A stretch of DNA of 64,000 nt from an uncultured virus (IMG/VR IMGVR_UViG_3300017747_002313) (lineage: Duplodnaviria > Heunggongvirae > Uroviricota > Caudoviricetes > Crassvirales). The notes under the pieces are model-generated. The model saw only the letters and a list, made by a program, of their open reading frames with translations, ran no database searches and was not told where the DNA came from. Position numbers and translations under genes: made by a program. The stretch lies in the IMG/VR virus record IMGVR_UViG_3300017747_002313. The stretch is one strand, 5' to 3'. Shown here in pieces: positions 27,322 to 38,041 of the stretch. How positions within the stretch are numbered: the first letter of the stretch is position 1; every line of letters starts with the position of its first letter.

Positions 27322-28236
27322 TTACACCAAACAGCTACTTACAGACTTCATAAAGTTGTAGTAGTTGTAAGAACACCTGCTATCACTTATCTCTAAGTCA
27401 ACATTAAAAGGATAGCTGTCTATGTAGTCAGCCTTAAAGAACATGCCTTGATTTGCATCAGGAACCCCTGCGTTGTGGAAGAACGATAGCTCGTACCACC
27501 TATCTATTGAACATGTAGCCCAACAGAAGTCAAACTCTTTAGGAACAACAACATCGTGTCCTAGCTTCCATCCTACCCATAGCTCTGCCCACATAGATGC
27601 AGTCCATACCTGAATGCCGTATGGATCACCTTCTTTTTTTAGGTGACTTACTGAGTTCAGATACCTATAAAGTTCGTTAGATGTCTTGTATACATGCCTC
27701 CAGTAATCGCCATCTATATTCTTCATAAGTTTCTGAGCACCACCACTGTTAGCTTGGTTTGCTTCAACTATAGCTCTATCTATACCTACAATAGCACACA
27801 TACCTTCAAGTATCTCTTGACTCTTACTCCTTATGTAGTCAGCACCTATGTAGCTCACAGTATCACTGAAGTACCACTTGTCGTCTTGTAAGAAAGGTGT
27901 AAAGTCAAAGTACTTAGTAAATAAGAAATCGCAGTCGTGAAAGAATATAGCGTCATCCTTTAAGTATGGATGCTCGTCAAAGTGCTTCGCTAGTATATAC
28001 GCCTGAATGGATGGAGGATAGAAGTCCTCCTCTCTATCGTCTTCGTAGAAGAAGAATCTAACGTATGGGAATTTAGCCTGTACTTTTCTCCACGACTCAG
28101 GTATATCACCGTAGTATCCTGCAACCACATCAATATAGTTGCCGTTGTACCCCAACTCTAAAAAGTTGTGAAGGTATACCTCAACCTGCCAAGCGTAGTA
28201 ATCGTTAGCAGGTTGAGCTGATAATAGTCTTAGCAT
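27322..28236 (-). CDS. GT-A fold glycosyltransferase-like protein
   Basis: YYAWQVEV, FFHDCDFLF (DxD), GGAQ.L, W.A.MWA, FFHNAG. Confidence 0.65.
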   Translation of the reverse strand: MLRLLSAQPANDYYAWQVEVYLHNFLELGYNGNYIDVVAGYYGDIPESWRKVQAKFPYVRFFFYEDDREEDFYPPSIQAYILAKHFDEHPYLKDDAIFFHDCDFLFTKYFDFTPFLQDDKWYFSDTVSYIGADYIRSKSQEILEGMCAIVGIDRAIVEANQANSGGAQKLMKNIDGDYWRHVYKTSNELYRYLNSVSHLKKEGDPYGIQVWTASMWAELWVGWKLGHDVVVPKEFDFCWATCSIDRWYELSFFHNAGVPDANQGMFFKADYIDSYPFNVDLEISDSRCSYNYYNFMKSVSSCLV

Positions 28237-31106
28237 ATAATTGAATTTCCAGTCCAGTCGTTACCATCCCACTCGTAAGCTACCGATCCAGTAACAAGCA
28301 TGTACCAAGCAGCTGGAACAAGTACGTATATAGATCCAGTCCATTCGTATAGCTTGTTACCTATAACACCTATTGCTCCATCGGTATAACGTTGTATTAT
28401 TAATCCATTACATACATCTTCTTCTGTTCCCTTTCTTACAAATATGGCTGTAAGTGGAGGAAGCGATGTTGTTGTAGTAGTTGATGTAGATGTTGTTGAC
28501 GTACTTGTAGTAGTGGTAGTTGATGTAGTTGTTGTAGTTGTAGTAATACCTGTACAGTCTGAACACTTCGTATACGTGAATAGTATATTTGCTACTGGTG
28601 TAGATGGAGTAGTAGGTAATTTAATAGTATAACATCTTTCATTATCACATTTAACAACTGTATTATTAGCAAGTGTAGTGAACGACTGATGTGCAATAAC
28701 TACAAGTGGTCCTCCAGAGCAAAGGTCTGCTAAGTAGTAATATGTAGGTATAGTAGTTGTAGTCGTTGTAGTTGTAACTCCTGCACATGCTATAACATTC
28801 AATACCTGTCCTGTTGGCGCAATTTGCATAGTATAATCTACACCGTTAAAGAAGTAGTACCAACTGCCACCACCATTGAATGGTGTAGTACCTATAGAGT
28901 TAGTGTAAACAAAGTCGTTTACTATAGGATATGCTCCAACTCCATTGTGGTATAATGTTAGGTTTACTGTATTAGGATTAGAACAAGCATTAAAGCTACT
29001 TGCATATGCATTGTTTCGTATCATGAAAGACGTTAAAACAGGAGCAGTTGTTGTAGTAGTAGTCGTCGTTGTAGTCGTAATACCTAGACATGAAGTACAA
29101 TTTATAAATGGTCCTTCTGTATGATCTATTACTATATAAGGGTAAGATGGAGTAGTTGTATTAACTAAATCCCAACAGTTACCGTCAAGAGTCTTAACAA
29201 TGTCTCCAACAGTAAATCCACTAGTTGTTGTATCAACTAATATACCTGTAACTGATCCATCAGGACAAAGCGTAGCTTCGAACCAATCACCTGATGGAAG
29301 AGTAGTCGTTGTAGTCGTTGTGGTTGTTGATGTAGTTGTGGTAGTAACAGAAGGGCACTCGTTCTTGTCGCACACGTTACCAGTCTCACATACCTTAATA
29401 GAGTATGTAGAGTGATCTATCTTGTACCATACGCCTCCACCCATGAACTTCTCTTGAGCCTTGTAGTCGATGTAAATCGTATCGTTTACTGTAGGTATTC
29501 TTCCGTTACCGTTATGATACAGCAACGTGTAAACTGGGTCTACAGCACAAGCTGCGTCTCCAGTATCACCAATGTTCTCAACATCAATTGCAAAAGGTGT
29601 AAGTCTTATACCTGTATCTACGTTAATAGATATTGTTTTTTGTAAACTAGTTCCTACACAGTTTTCAGCTTCTACATCTATAGTATATGTACATGCCTCA
29701 CTAGGTACTCCTGATAGTATACCTGAACTTACATCAAATGAAAGACCTTCAGGAAGTGAGTAAGATTGACATGCGTCAAGCTCTGTAAATGTACCGTCAC
29801 CATTAACAAGAGTCATAGTTCCAGTCTGTCCACAGACACTGCTGCTACCATTTATATTTAGAGTTACATTTACAGTGTTACCATCGCAGTTAGTATATTG
29901 GAATAATGATCCTCTAGTACCTCCAGTTAAATCAAATGTTACACAGCTAGATATTAAACTCCAAGACGTAGGATTGTTTGTTGCTGCAAAAGATATATTA
30001 GCAGCATTGCCCTGAGTTATGTATATATCATCTTGGAAGATATACGGAACAGCGTACTCTAAGCAGTCACATCCACCAGATGAAGTGACAACTCCTTCAG
30101 TACTAACACCTACATAAACACCACCTGATGGAGGTGGTACAACAAGAGAAGTTGTGCTCATTAAGTGAAGTGCATTACCACCATTATAAACAGTTGATCC
30201 TATCGAATCAGTATATATTGTATTATTGTTATCTGGAAGAGCATTAATACCATCGTGCCAGTACTGAGTAGCAGGCACTTGAGTACATACGTTAGCTACT
30301 GTCCCATCTGTAGGATCTAAGTAAAAAGACGTAAGTGCAGGATCTATCTTAGTAAGTGTCCACGAAGAAGACACCAAAGGAGAGTAAGCGTAAACGTAAC
30401 CTTTATCTATAACCGAAGAAAACTTACTAAAGTCCATACTTCCTGATCCATTATTCACAAGTCCATTGTATGGGAAAGATAGTTTAATATCATCTGGATC
30501 TACACCTGCTGCTATAAGTGCATTGTAGTTTGCCGATGAGTTAAGTCCTACATATCCAGTGTCTGCAACAAGTGCGTTGTTGTATACAATAATATACCTG
30601 GTAGGTGCACCAAGCGTATTGTACTGAACAGAAGCTCTTCCTACATCAGACCCAAAGTCAGACTCTATATATCTAGTCGTTGGACCACCAGTATAAGATA
30701 CAGATCCACTTGACATAGTATCAGTGTAGTCCCATATAAGGTATAAGTTCTGGAAGTTGTTTGGGTTATTGAATACAAATGTTCCTTCATACCTTCCGCC
30801 AACTAAGCTTACAGGTACTTGTGTAGCCAACGAAATAATAATATCTCTGTCCTTATCTGTGTAGTCTTCATTAGTAACTAAGTAATACACCTTGTTATTT
30901 AATGTAGGCTGTAAATCCTGAACATCTGTACTAGTTCCAACAACTCCAGTCTTAACAGTAACAGTAGCTCCATCATACGGCATATAGTCTATACCTCCAA
31001 TCCCAGTGGCTACATCAAAAAGAGCTACTTGATTTTGATTAAGTACTACATTATCAAACTCGTAATTTAAACTACCTGTATAACTAAATCCTTGATCTGT
31101 TCTCAT
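28230..31106 (-). CDS. virion surface/tail protein with Ig-like domain, Cys-rich modules and four poly-Thr linkers
   Basis: LPEGLSFD..SG..SG.P (He_PIG-like); repeated LYHNG....P...D.IY modules; TTTTTSTTTT tracts. Confidence 0.7.
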   Translation of the reverse strand: MRTDQGFSYTGSLNYEFDNVVLNQNQVALFDVATGIGGIDYMPYDGATVTVKTGVVGTSTDVQDLQPTLNNKVYYLVTNEDYTDKDRDIIISLATQVPVSLVGGRYEGTFVFNNPNNFQNLYLIWDYTDTMSSGSVSYTGGPTTRYIESDFGSDVGRASVQYNTLGAPTRYIIVYNNALVADTGYVGLNSSANYNALIAAGVDPDDIKLSFPYNGLVNNGSGSMDFSKFSSVIDKGYVYAYSPLVSSSWTLTKIDPALTSFYLDPTDGTVANVCTQVPATQYWHDGINALPDNNNTIYTDSIGSTVYNGGNALHLMSTTSLVVPPPSGGVYVGVSTEGVVTSSGGCDCLEYAVPYIFQDDIYITQGNAANISFAATNNPTSWSLISSCVTFDLTGGTRGSLFQYTNCDGNTVNVTLNINGSSSVCGQTGTMTLVNGDGTFTELDACQSYSLPEGLSFDVSSGILSGVPSEACTYTIDVEAENCVGTSLQKTISINVDTGIRLTPFAIDVENIGDTGDAACAVDPVYTLLYHNGNGRIPTVNDTIYIDYKAQEKFMGGGVWYKIDHSTYSIKVCETGNVCDKNECPSVTTTTTSTTTTTTTTTLPSGDWFEATLCPDGSVTGILVDTTTSGFTVGDIVKTLDGNCWDLVNTTTPSYPYIVIDHTEGPFINCTSCLGITTTTTTTTTTTAPVLTSFMIRNNAYASSFNACSNPNTVNLTLYHNGVGAYPIVNDFVYTNSIGTTPFNGGGSWYYFFNGVDYTMQIAPTGQVLNVIACAGVTTTTTTTTIPTYYYLADLCSGGPLVVIAHQSFTTLANNTVVKCDNERCYTIKLPTTPSTPVANILFTYTKCSDCTGITTTTTTTSTTTTTSTSTTSTSTTTTTSLPPLTAIFVRKGTEEDVCNGLIIQRYTDGAIGVIGNKLYEWTGSIYVLVPAAWYMLVTGSVAYEWDGNDWTGNSIIC

Positions 31107-31109
31107 AAT

Positions 31110-34100
31110 TTACCAAAATTTGCCTGGCTTAGGTTTTATAGGATTGTGTATTACAATGTTTATTACGCTTCCATTCTCACCAGCACCCTGCGTAAGAATA
31201 AACTCAAGAGTTTTATTGCCACAGTATGTAACCACAAATTTAATACTTCTATTTGAACCTGTATTATTCACAGCTATAATTCCTGTAATAGGTGTTGTTC
31301 CAAATCCAAATGTCTGATAGTTAGAAACCCAGTTAGTTCCTGATCCCATATTAACAACTGATATAGTCCAAGAAACGTCTCCAATGATTGTGAAAAGAGC
31401 ATTAGGAAAACTAGATGTATTTGAAGCTATACTGTTTGAATACCTATTAAGCCTTACGTTACAGTTTAGTATGCTTGTATCATTGTTAGCTAAAACATAT
31501 GCTTGGTTATGAGGATCATAACATCCTAACTTCTGTGTGTTAGGGTAGTCACGCATAAGCTCTATGAAGTAGTCCTGCATACCAGTGTTAGATATCTCAT
31601 CCATCTGGTTGCCATAAAGACCCATCACAACACCTCTCCTTACATCTGTGAAGTATATATCTGTACCCCACACTGCAAATGATTCAGGGTTTAAGCTGAT
31701 GCCATACTCACCAGGGAATGCTATCTGTGTACCTAATACCTCTGGGACAGAGACTACTGAACCTCCACCAACTGAGTCAGATAGCAAGTTCTTTCCGTAA
31801 AGAACTGAACTTACTTTATTCTCTTGGAATACTAACAAGTCAGTATCTCTTGCGTGAAGCTTCTGAATAGATCCAAACTCGCTATCTAAGTACTTAAAGT
31901 TTGCTCTTGACAAGTTGAACTCATTTAGTGCATTAAAGTCGGTATTCTCACCGTACACACCACTGTAGGATATAGCGTTTCTACTTACCTTCTGCTGATA
32001 CTCATCAATAATAGTCGTAACCCTTGGGCTGTACTGTAAAGTAGCAGCAGCGTAGTCATCACGTATCCTAAACGTCTCTAGTGCGTTGCCGTAACTCCAT
32101 GCGTTAAAGTCAGAGTTTACTGTACTATTAGGATTGTTTATCTTAATAACCGCACCACTATTTGTAGATGTCTGATCTTGCTCAATTAAATCATATGCAA
32201 CTGATCCAGGGCTTAATGGTCCTGCTACAAAACCTAAGTCGATAATAATGTTGTACGGATTTGGAACAAAAAGTATTTCATACATACCTGAGAACCAACC
32301 ACCGTTTATGTAAACAGTCTCACCTGCAACATAGTTATGCACCTCATCTGTAGATGTTGGAGATGTAGATGGGTTTACTTGACCTAAGTTTGTTTTACCT
32401 GCATGTGGACCAGTTGATACAAAAGTTGAGTCCTTATATTTCCAACGAACCCTATGCTTACCATTCTCTATCTTGAATGTTCTTGATAATTCATGGAACA
32501 CATCTATATCTACATCTTTAGGTGTTGTCTCAGCTATTATTTGGTTGTCAACTCTTTCAATTTTCAAGTTACCAGTAAATCTATTTACAGCATTGTCTTC
32601 TCCATGACCATAACCCTGTATAATCATCATTACTGGGCTGTTCAAAGTATTTGAAACATTGTATGAATATCCTAAAGGGGCAGATGAATTATAAGATGTT
32701 GTTATTCCAGTGTCTATTTGTGTAAAATTAAAACCATTAGCATTTATATTATATATATCGTAAGCTCTTCTAAATGAAACTGCTTTTTCATCTTGATCTA
32801 CACCATTTATATCTATAGCTTTAAAATCTTGCCATGAACCACTTTCAACAAACCATTCTTCTATATTATTATATTCACCATTACTATAAAAAACTTGAGC
32901 AGTTGTATATGCATTTGCATTAAATAAATCCTGTGTAATTGTTATAGTTATAATATCTCCTGTATATATTTTTTGATCTAATGCAGGATTGGCTTCTCCA
33001 AGAACTAAGTATCCACCTACATTATTATTATAAAGAGCAGTTGTAGGTGATACATTAAAGTTATATTTTGGTATACCTGTTCCATTAAAGTAATTGGTAA
33101 TAAATGCATTATTTAAGTTTTCACCTCTAACATTTATTTTCCAGTAATCTCCAGGTGAAGGTGTACTATTCCATTTTATAGTACACATAGGTATTTGAGG
33201 TGAAGAATTGGGTACATATAATACTTGATTTAAATATGTATATGGTAATGTAACTTGAAATCCTCCCTGTATATCTATAGTATAGTTAAAATTTGTTTGA
33301 TCTATTGCTGTAACAGTTATTCTATAATCTCTGTCAGCTATAGTAACATTATTATTCACCACAGAAAGACTAGATGAACTTCCATTTCCATAATGTATTG
33401 GGTTTTCAACATATGGATATGTTCCATATACTGGAGCTGGAGAATAAGAAGAAGCAACTGAAGTACCTCCTAGGTCAGTTCCTGAAGACGTATAATATAA
33501 TAAAGTTAATCCTGTTGCAGCATTAAACTCTTGCTGACTATCTACTTTTATTTTAAAATAAAGTCCAGCGCCTGCACCAGTAACAAATCCAGCTGATTTA
33601 TCTTTTACTTCTAATATCTTGTATTTTTTATTAGAGTAAGTTGGTCCATTTGCGTTAGATTTGAATATTATATAATCTCCTGTTTTTATTTTATCTCTAT
33701 CTGATTCATGTATTAAAAAATATCTATAAACATTAGATACATAAAAAAATAGTGGGAATATGTTATAGTACTGATCTCTAGATTGTTTAATTATAACTCT
33801 ATAGTTTGTAGCCCACGAAGGAGGATTATTGCTAATCCTAAGCTTTAAACTATTTCCTTTGTCTGATTGAGTTGGAGGTATGTATGTAGTGTTTCCTTGA
33901 GATGTAAGTGCAGTAGTTGATCTACCGTACTTATCTAAGTAAATAAGTCCAAGCTCATAGTCTCTATCTGATCTAAATGTCTGTGTAGGCACATTACCTG
34001 ATCCATCAATAGAAACGTACTTAACATCTAATTTTACAGGAAAATCTATATCGTAGAACTGCGTGTAGTTACCGTACATAATACGGTTTCCAACATAGTC

Positions 34101-35111
34101 TTGTGCTTTTGCAAGTAATGGAACATTATCAAAAAGCCTTGTCACTTGACCTTCAGGAAGAAGTGTGTAGGTCTTATTATTATTAAATGTAAAACTATAA
34201 AATACATCATTAGATAAAGCAAGTTCTTGTTTATCTACTGTCTCAACAATTAAACAGTTTATACTTCTTGCGTCACGCATTATGACTTGAATCTCCTTAA
34301 CGAATTGATTACCAGTTAATACTGTAATTCCAACTTCATTAAATCTATTTGTCATAGATTTATTATTACCTGAAGTATAATCAATCTGAAAATCTTTAGG
34401 TCTGAATGCAACTGCTGAAAAAGGTGACAACGCACTGTACTGATCGTCAACGTACTTGTATCTGTAAGAGAAGTACAAGAACTTCTCCTCCATGTTGTTG
34501 GACTGAGTACTTGTATTATTAACTAACGATATCTTAGGTGCGTTTAATGGCGGAGCCAGAATAACATTTATATCCTCATCAATACGTGGATCATCTATAG
34601 AGTACCCAGAAGTACCAAGTGAGTTACTCTTTACACGAGCGATATTGATACGTCTAGGTGGGTTTAAGTTATCTGTCCAGTAAAGGAATCCATCGATAAA
34701 GTTAACGCCTGTAATAAGATACTCCTTATTGAAGTTAAGCTTACTTACAGTTGATGGAGTTGCCTTGTTAGACTGCAACACACGAACTGTAGTTCCAAGC
34801 GTTGTGTCATACTCATATATACCATCAAACTTATCTGAAGTAACAAACCAGTAAATAAAGCCATCACGTTCATTTGCTACAGCACCAATAGTCTTTGCGT
34901 TAGACTGTATTGGATATGGAAATCCAGCAACGTTCCAAACGTTAGAAATTAATAAGTTACCTTTCTTGTTTTTAACAGCACCAATATTACCACCGTCAGC
35001 AGTGTCTATATCAACGTTAAGTGCATCACGGTACACACCATCAGGTACAAGCCTCTCATCGAGGTCTTTGTTCATTATACCTGCTAAAAAAGTATTCTTT
35101 AATTCTGGCAT
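31110..35111 (-). CDS. tail nozzle / stabilization protein (tail tubular B-like)
   Basis: F..G.MNKDLDERLVP.G.YRDA.N N-terminus; LYWTDN.N.PR.IN; FSYRYKY.D; GEYGIS.NPESFA. Confidence 0.75.
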   Translation of the reverse strand: MPELKNTFLAGIMNKDLDERLVPDGVYRDALNVDIDTADGGNIGAVKNKKGNLLISNVWNVAGFPYPIQSNAKTIGAVANERDGFIYWFVTSDKFDGIYEYDTTLGTTVRVLQSNKATPSTVSKLNFNKEYLITGVNFIDGFLYWTDNLNPPRRINIARVKSNSLGTSGYSIDDPRIDEDINVILAPPLNAPKISLVNNTSTQSNNMEEKFLYFSYRYKYVDDQYSALSPFSAVAFRPKDFQIDYTSGNNKSMTNRFNEVGITVLTGNQFVKEIQVIMRDARSINCLIVETVDKQELALSNDVFYSFTFNNNKTYTLLPEGQVTRLFDNVPLLAKAQDYVGNRIMYGNYTQFYDIDFPVKLDVKYVSIDGSGNVPTQTFRSDRDYELGLIYLDKYGRSTTALTSQGNTTYIPPTQSDKGNSLKLRISNNPPSWATNYRVIIKQSRDQYYNIFPLFFYVSNVYRYFLIHESDRDKIKTGDYIIFKSNANGPTYSNKKYKILEVKDKSAGFVTGAGAGLYFKIKVDSQQEFNAATGLTLLYYTSSGTDLGGTSVASSYSPAPVYGTYPYVENPIHYGNGSSSSLSVVNNNVTIADRDYRITVTAIDQTNFNYTIDIQGGFQVTLPYTYLNQVLYVPNSSPQIPMCTIKWNSTPSPGDYWKINVRGENLNNAFITNYFNGTGIPKYNFNVSPTTALYNNNVGGYLVLGEANPALDQKIYTGDIITITITQDLFNANAYTTAQVFYSNGEYNNIEEWFVESGSWQDFKAIDINGVDQDEKAVSFRRAYDIYNINANGFNFTQIDTGITTSYNSSAPLGYSYNVSNTLNSPVMMIIQGYGHGEDNAVNRFTGNLKIERVDNQIIAETTPKDVDIDVFHELSRTFKIENGKHRVRWKYKDSTFVSTGPHAGKTNLGQVNPSTSPTSTDEVHNYVAGETVYINGGWFSGMYEILFVPNPYNIIIDLGFVAGPLSPGSVAYDLIEQDQTSTNSGAVIKINNPNSTVNSDFNAWSYGNALETFRIRDDYAAATLQYSPRVTTIIDEYQQKVSRNAISYSGVYGENTDFNALNEFNLSRANFKYLDSEFGSIQKLHARDTDLLVFQENKVSSVLYGKNLLSDSVGGGSVVSVPEVLGTQIAFPGEYGISLNPESFAVWGTDIYFTDVRRGVVMGLYGNQMDEISNTGMQDYFIELMRDYPNTQKLGCYDPHNQAYVLANNDTSILNCNVRLNRYSNSIASNTSSFPNALFTIIGDVSWTISVVNMGSGTNWVSNYQTFGFGTTPITGIIAVNNTGSNRSIKFVVTYCGNKTLEFILTQGAGENGSVINIVIHNPIKPKPGKFW

Positions 35112-35113
35112 TT

Positions 35114-36016
35114 TTACTTAAGTTGTTGTGCTCTACCTCTCATTGTCATAATGAGTCTAGATGGGTGAAGATTACTTAGGCGAAGTTTAGCGTTTCTAAA
35201 CTCTGCCTGCTTCTCATCACGAGCCATCTTACGCTCATACATAGGGATGCCATACTTAGCGTTAAGTATGCACCATTTTATATATCTGTAAACGAATTCT
35301 TCTGCAAACTTATGTACGTTAACTTCTGCATCGTTACCGTTAGCCATACCGTCAGATATGTACTCTAAAACAATACGCTGTCCTGATACACCTGAAGAGA
35401 AGTCGATAACTCCGTTATTCACTCTGAACGATGGTCCTGCGTGAAGCGTAGATGGATCTACTAAGAACTTAGCTCCAACCTCGTAACCAAAGTACCAAAA
35501 TCCATCAACACACCACCCATAGCATCCGTTGTACATTCCTGGCCCTTCGTATAACTTAGCCTCAAGTCTGTCTGTATCAAGCTGTGAGTCACCTATAAGT
35601 ATCTCACCGTTCTGATCGAACAATACCTTGTAGTTATTATCCTGAAGATATCCTTTAGCTGTATTAACTTGCTTATTCTCATACAACGGACGAAGTACAC
35701 CATTAATAAGTATAGATATACGAACGTAGTTAACGTAGTCTGAAGGAAGGATAAACTTAAGGTTGTCACCTACCTCCATCTCAATACTCTTAATAGACCT
35801 AAGAGCATCAAAGTTTAACTGCTTAATCGCTTGCTTTGCATGAAAAATAACTTCATAACGCTTCACGTTACTAAGTAGCTTATCGTTACCGACATACATC
35901 AACATAAAATTGTTGACTATATCAGCAAGTGTAGTGTACTGGTAAGAACCCCAGTTCTGATCCTCTGGAATGTTACCGTTATTTGTGTAGTACTGATATG
36001 GTGTTATGTATGCCAT
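35114..36016 (-). CDS. head-tail adaptor/ring protein
   Basis: LP.DYVNYVRIS, LEYISDG, A+LRLSN; position upstream of the nozzle. Confidence 0.6.
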   Translation of the reverse strand: MAYITPYQYYTNNGNIPEDQNWGSYQYTTLADIVNNFMLMYVGNDKLLSNVKRYEVIFHAKQAIKQLNFDALRSIKSIEMEVGDNLKFILPSDYVNYVRISILINGVLRPLYENKQVNTAKGYLQDNNYKVLFDQNGEILIGDSQLDTDRLEAKLYEGPGMYNGCYGWCVDGFWYFGYEVGAKFLVDPSTLHAGPSFRVNNGVIDFSSGVSGQRIVLEYISDGMANGNDAEVNVHKFAEEFVYRYIKWCILNAKYGIPMYERKMARDEKQAEFRNAKLRLSNLHPSRLIMTMRGRAQQLK

Positions 36017-36019
36017 CTA

Positions 36020-36742
36020 TTAAATCTTTTGTGCGTTTTGTCCTTCCTCTGCTTTCGCTGCACTTGTTATCTCAGTCTCACGGATAGATAGACCTGCGTA
36101 CTGAAGTATTTTAACTACTAGATCAGTTTCGTAGCTTAGAGGTAGTTCGAAATCTTGATAGTCTGGTTGAGTAGGATCAAATATAGGTGTACCTGAAATA
36201 ACTCCATTGTAAGTCCATTTAGGATCTTTAGGAAATCTAATGTATTGAGTAGTAACAAGACCTGTTTGAGCAATACTATCTGGATAAACAGTAATAGTAG
36301 AACTTAATGCAGGTGGAGTAGTCCCTTCTTGTGTATATACTGGATATGTAGTTGTAGGTGTTGTTAAGTTAGAGCTAAGTAAGTTATATATCTTATTAGA
36401 TGGAACTTTCTCTATTTCTGTGTTACCGTTAAAAATTACAGTATTAAGCACATAACTATCATCTGGAACAGTATACTTTGCAGTAGCAGGATTGAAGAAT
36501 AATATAGCATAGTTAGAGAACGTATCTATAGCTTCTTCTATCTGTTTAGGAATATCAGTATATCCACTATTATGCATGTGAGCGTTCTGCTTATTAACAG
36601 AATTACTATACGTGTAGAACATACCCTCAAAGATCTCAAGCTGTGCCTGCTTTGCAAACAAGTTAAACTCAAATGGGGTTATATATCCACGGTTGTCCTT
36701 ATTAATTATGGATAGAACCGTGCTTCTTACGCTGTCAATCAT
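36020..36742 (-). CDS. tail tubular/ring protein
   Basis: V...V....NK...GY.TP.EFN..A..AQ; Y.R.PKDP.W; DFELP. Confidence 0.6.
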   Translation of the reverse strand: MIDSVRSTVLSIINKDNRGYITPFEFNLFAKQAQLEIFEGMFYTYSNSVNKQNAHMHNSGYTDIPKQIEEAIDTFSNYAILFFNPATAKYTVPDDSYVLNTVIFNGNTEIEKVPSNKIYNLLSSNLTTPTTTYPVYTQEGTTPPALSSTITVYPDSIAQTGLVTTQYIRFPKDPKWTYNGVISGTPIFDPTQPDYQDFELPLSYETDLVVKILQYAGLSIRETEITSAAKAEEGQNAQKI

Positions 36743-36755
36743 AGTGCAAATATAA

Positions 36756-36782
36756 TAAAAAAGGCACTAATAAATAGTGCCT
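36756..36782 (-). terminator. intrinsic terminator
   Basis: AGGCACTA/TAGTGCCT stem with A run on + strand. Confidence 0.6.
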
Positions 36783-36806
36783 AGTTTCTAGAGTGGTTAA
36801 CTAATG

Positions 36807-37091
36807 TTATGTTAAAGCAATCTGAGATACAGCTACTGGAGGAGTTACTGTAAAAACAGGCTTAGTCCAAGCAGTTGTTAAAGCAGCTTCAATTTGATTT
36901 TGAACAAAATCACGGAAATCATCATTAGCTACAGATCCGTGAGTAATTGTTAACAAATCTCCAGCTGAGTTACCTGCTGCATATTGAATAGTAGTTGATG
37001 TAGCTGAAGCTTGCTCAACAATAATAACTCCTGTAATAGATACTAATTGAAAAGTACTACCAGAAATAGGGAATTTTAAGAATTTTTCCAT
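36807..37091 (-). CDS. small virion protein
   Basis: Codon usage like the capsid gene; TATCTTTG promoter box upstream (37122-37129). Confidence 0.55.
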   Translation of the reverse strand: MEKFLKFPISGSTFQLVSITGVIIVEQASATSTTIQYAAGNSAGDLLTITHGSVANDDFRDFVQNQIEAALTTAWTKPVFTVTPPVAVSQIALT

Positions 37092-37132
37092 TTTATAAAA
37101 AATTAATGGGTTAATAAAGTACAAAGATAAGT

Positions 37133-37165
37133 AAAAAAAGGTAGACGATTTTCGACTACCTTTTT
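37133..37165. terminator. intrinsic terminator, possibly bidirectional
   Basis: AAAAAAAGGTAG/CTACCTTTTT. Confidence 0.65.
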
Positions 37166-37211
37166 CTATTACCTAAACAACTATGTGAATACTTTATGCG
37201 ATGCAAATATA

Positions 37212-37976
37212 TTAATTTTCAGAAAACTCTTTCTCTAAATATTTATAAAATTCAACACCTTCATTAGATTTTAACCAAGTCATGAATACATCTTCTTTTC
37301 GTTCACCAAATGGAACTGTAAGAATTTTCTTCTTGTTGTTACTTAAGTTATAGTGGATATCCTTTCCAGCTCTAAATGTGATGTACCCTTCTCTAAATGC
37401 ACGTGACGAAAAGTCATTTACACTAATATCTGGATCATCAACAGAATATAAGAAATCTTCTGGATAGTTTTTAGCAAATAATAAAATGTCGTGTTTAATC
37501 TCAGATGATGTCATTCTATCAACATCAACTCCTAAATGTACACGAGCAATTGCCTTCATTACCTCTAAATCTAAACTTCTTGCAGCAATTAATGCGTCAA
37601 CTTCAAGATTTAGATCTTTAACTTTATCTTCAGCTACTTTCTGTGGATCAAATTCATAAAACAAATTACCTCCATTAGATAAATTGTCAGGATGATAATC
37701 TAAGAATTGTTGAAGAATTGGATTGTTTTTTGCAACACTTAACTTGCCATCCTCGAAAATAATAGGTTCAAGAATAGCAGTGCCATCTTGTTCATCTTCA
37801 AATACTGATCGTTGGTTTTTTGAATAACGAAGTGCTCGGTTAATTCCTTTTTCTTCGTCAAAGAAAAGCAATTGCTTTCTCTTATTGCTTCTTGATTGAA
37901 TAAAAAAAGTGACAGGTGTCTTATCACTATTTAATAGATAAACTCTTTCCTTTAATGGATTTTCTTTTGTTTTCAT
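37212..37976 (-). CDS. conserved phage protein downstream of the capsid gene
   Basis: R.LRY..NQ.S.F.DEQ......I.FEDG.L.V...N..LQ.FL..HP. Confidence 0.6.
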   Translation of the reverse strand: MKTKENPLKERVYLLNSDKTPVTFFIQSRSNKRKQLLFFDEEKGINRALRYSKNQRSVFEDEQDGTAILEPIIFEDGKLSVAKNNPILQQFLDYHPDNLSNGGNLFYEFDPQKVAEDKVKDLNLEVDALIAARSLDLEVMKAIARVHLGVDVDRMTSSEIKHDILLFAKNYPEDFLYSVDDPDISVNDFSSRAFREGYITFRAGKDIHYNLSNNKKKILTVPFGERKEDVFMTWLKSNEGVEFYKYLEKEFSEN

Positions 37977-37999
37977 TGTACTTAATTTAAATTAAAAAT

Positions 38000-38034
38000 A
38001 AAAAAAAAGAGAGGGAGTATTTCATCCCTCTCTT
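38000..38034 (-). terminator. intrinsic terminator after the major capsid gene
   Basis: AAGAGAGGGA/TCCCTCTCTT stem plus long A run on + strand. Confidence 0.8.
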
Positions 38035-38041
38035 AAGTGTA

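Noticed and set aside
28465..29348. (GTA/GTT)n tracts as microsatellites or DGR repeats
   Set aside because: They are in-frame poly-Thr codons with mixed third positions; no reverse transcriptase or TR/VR pair was seen
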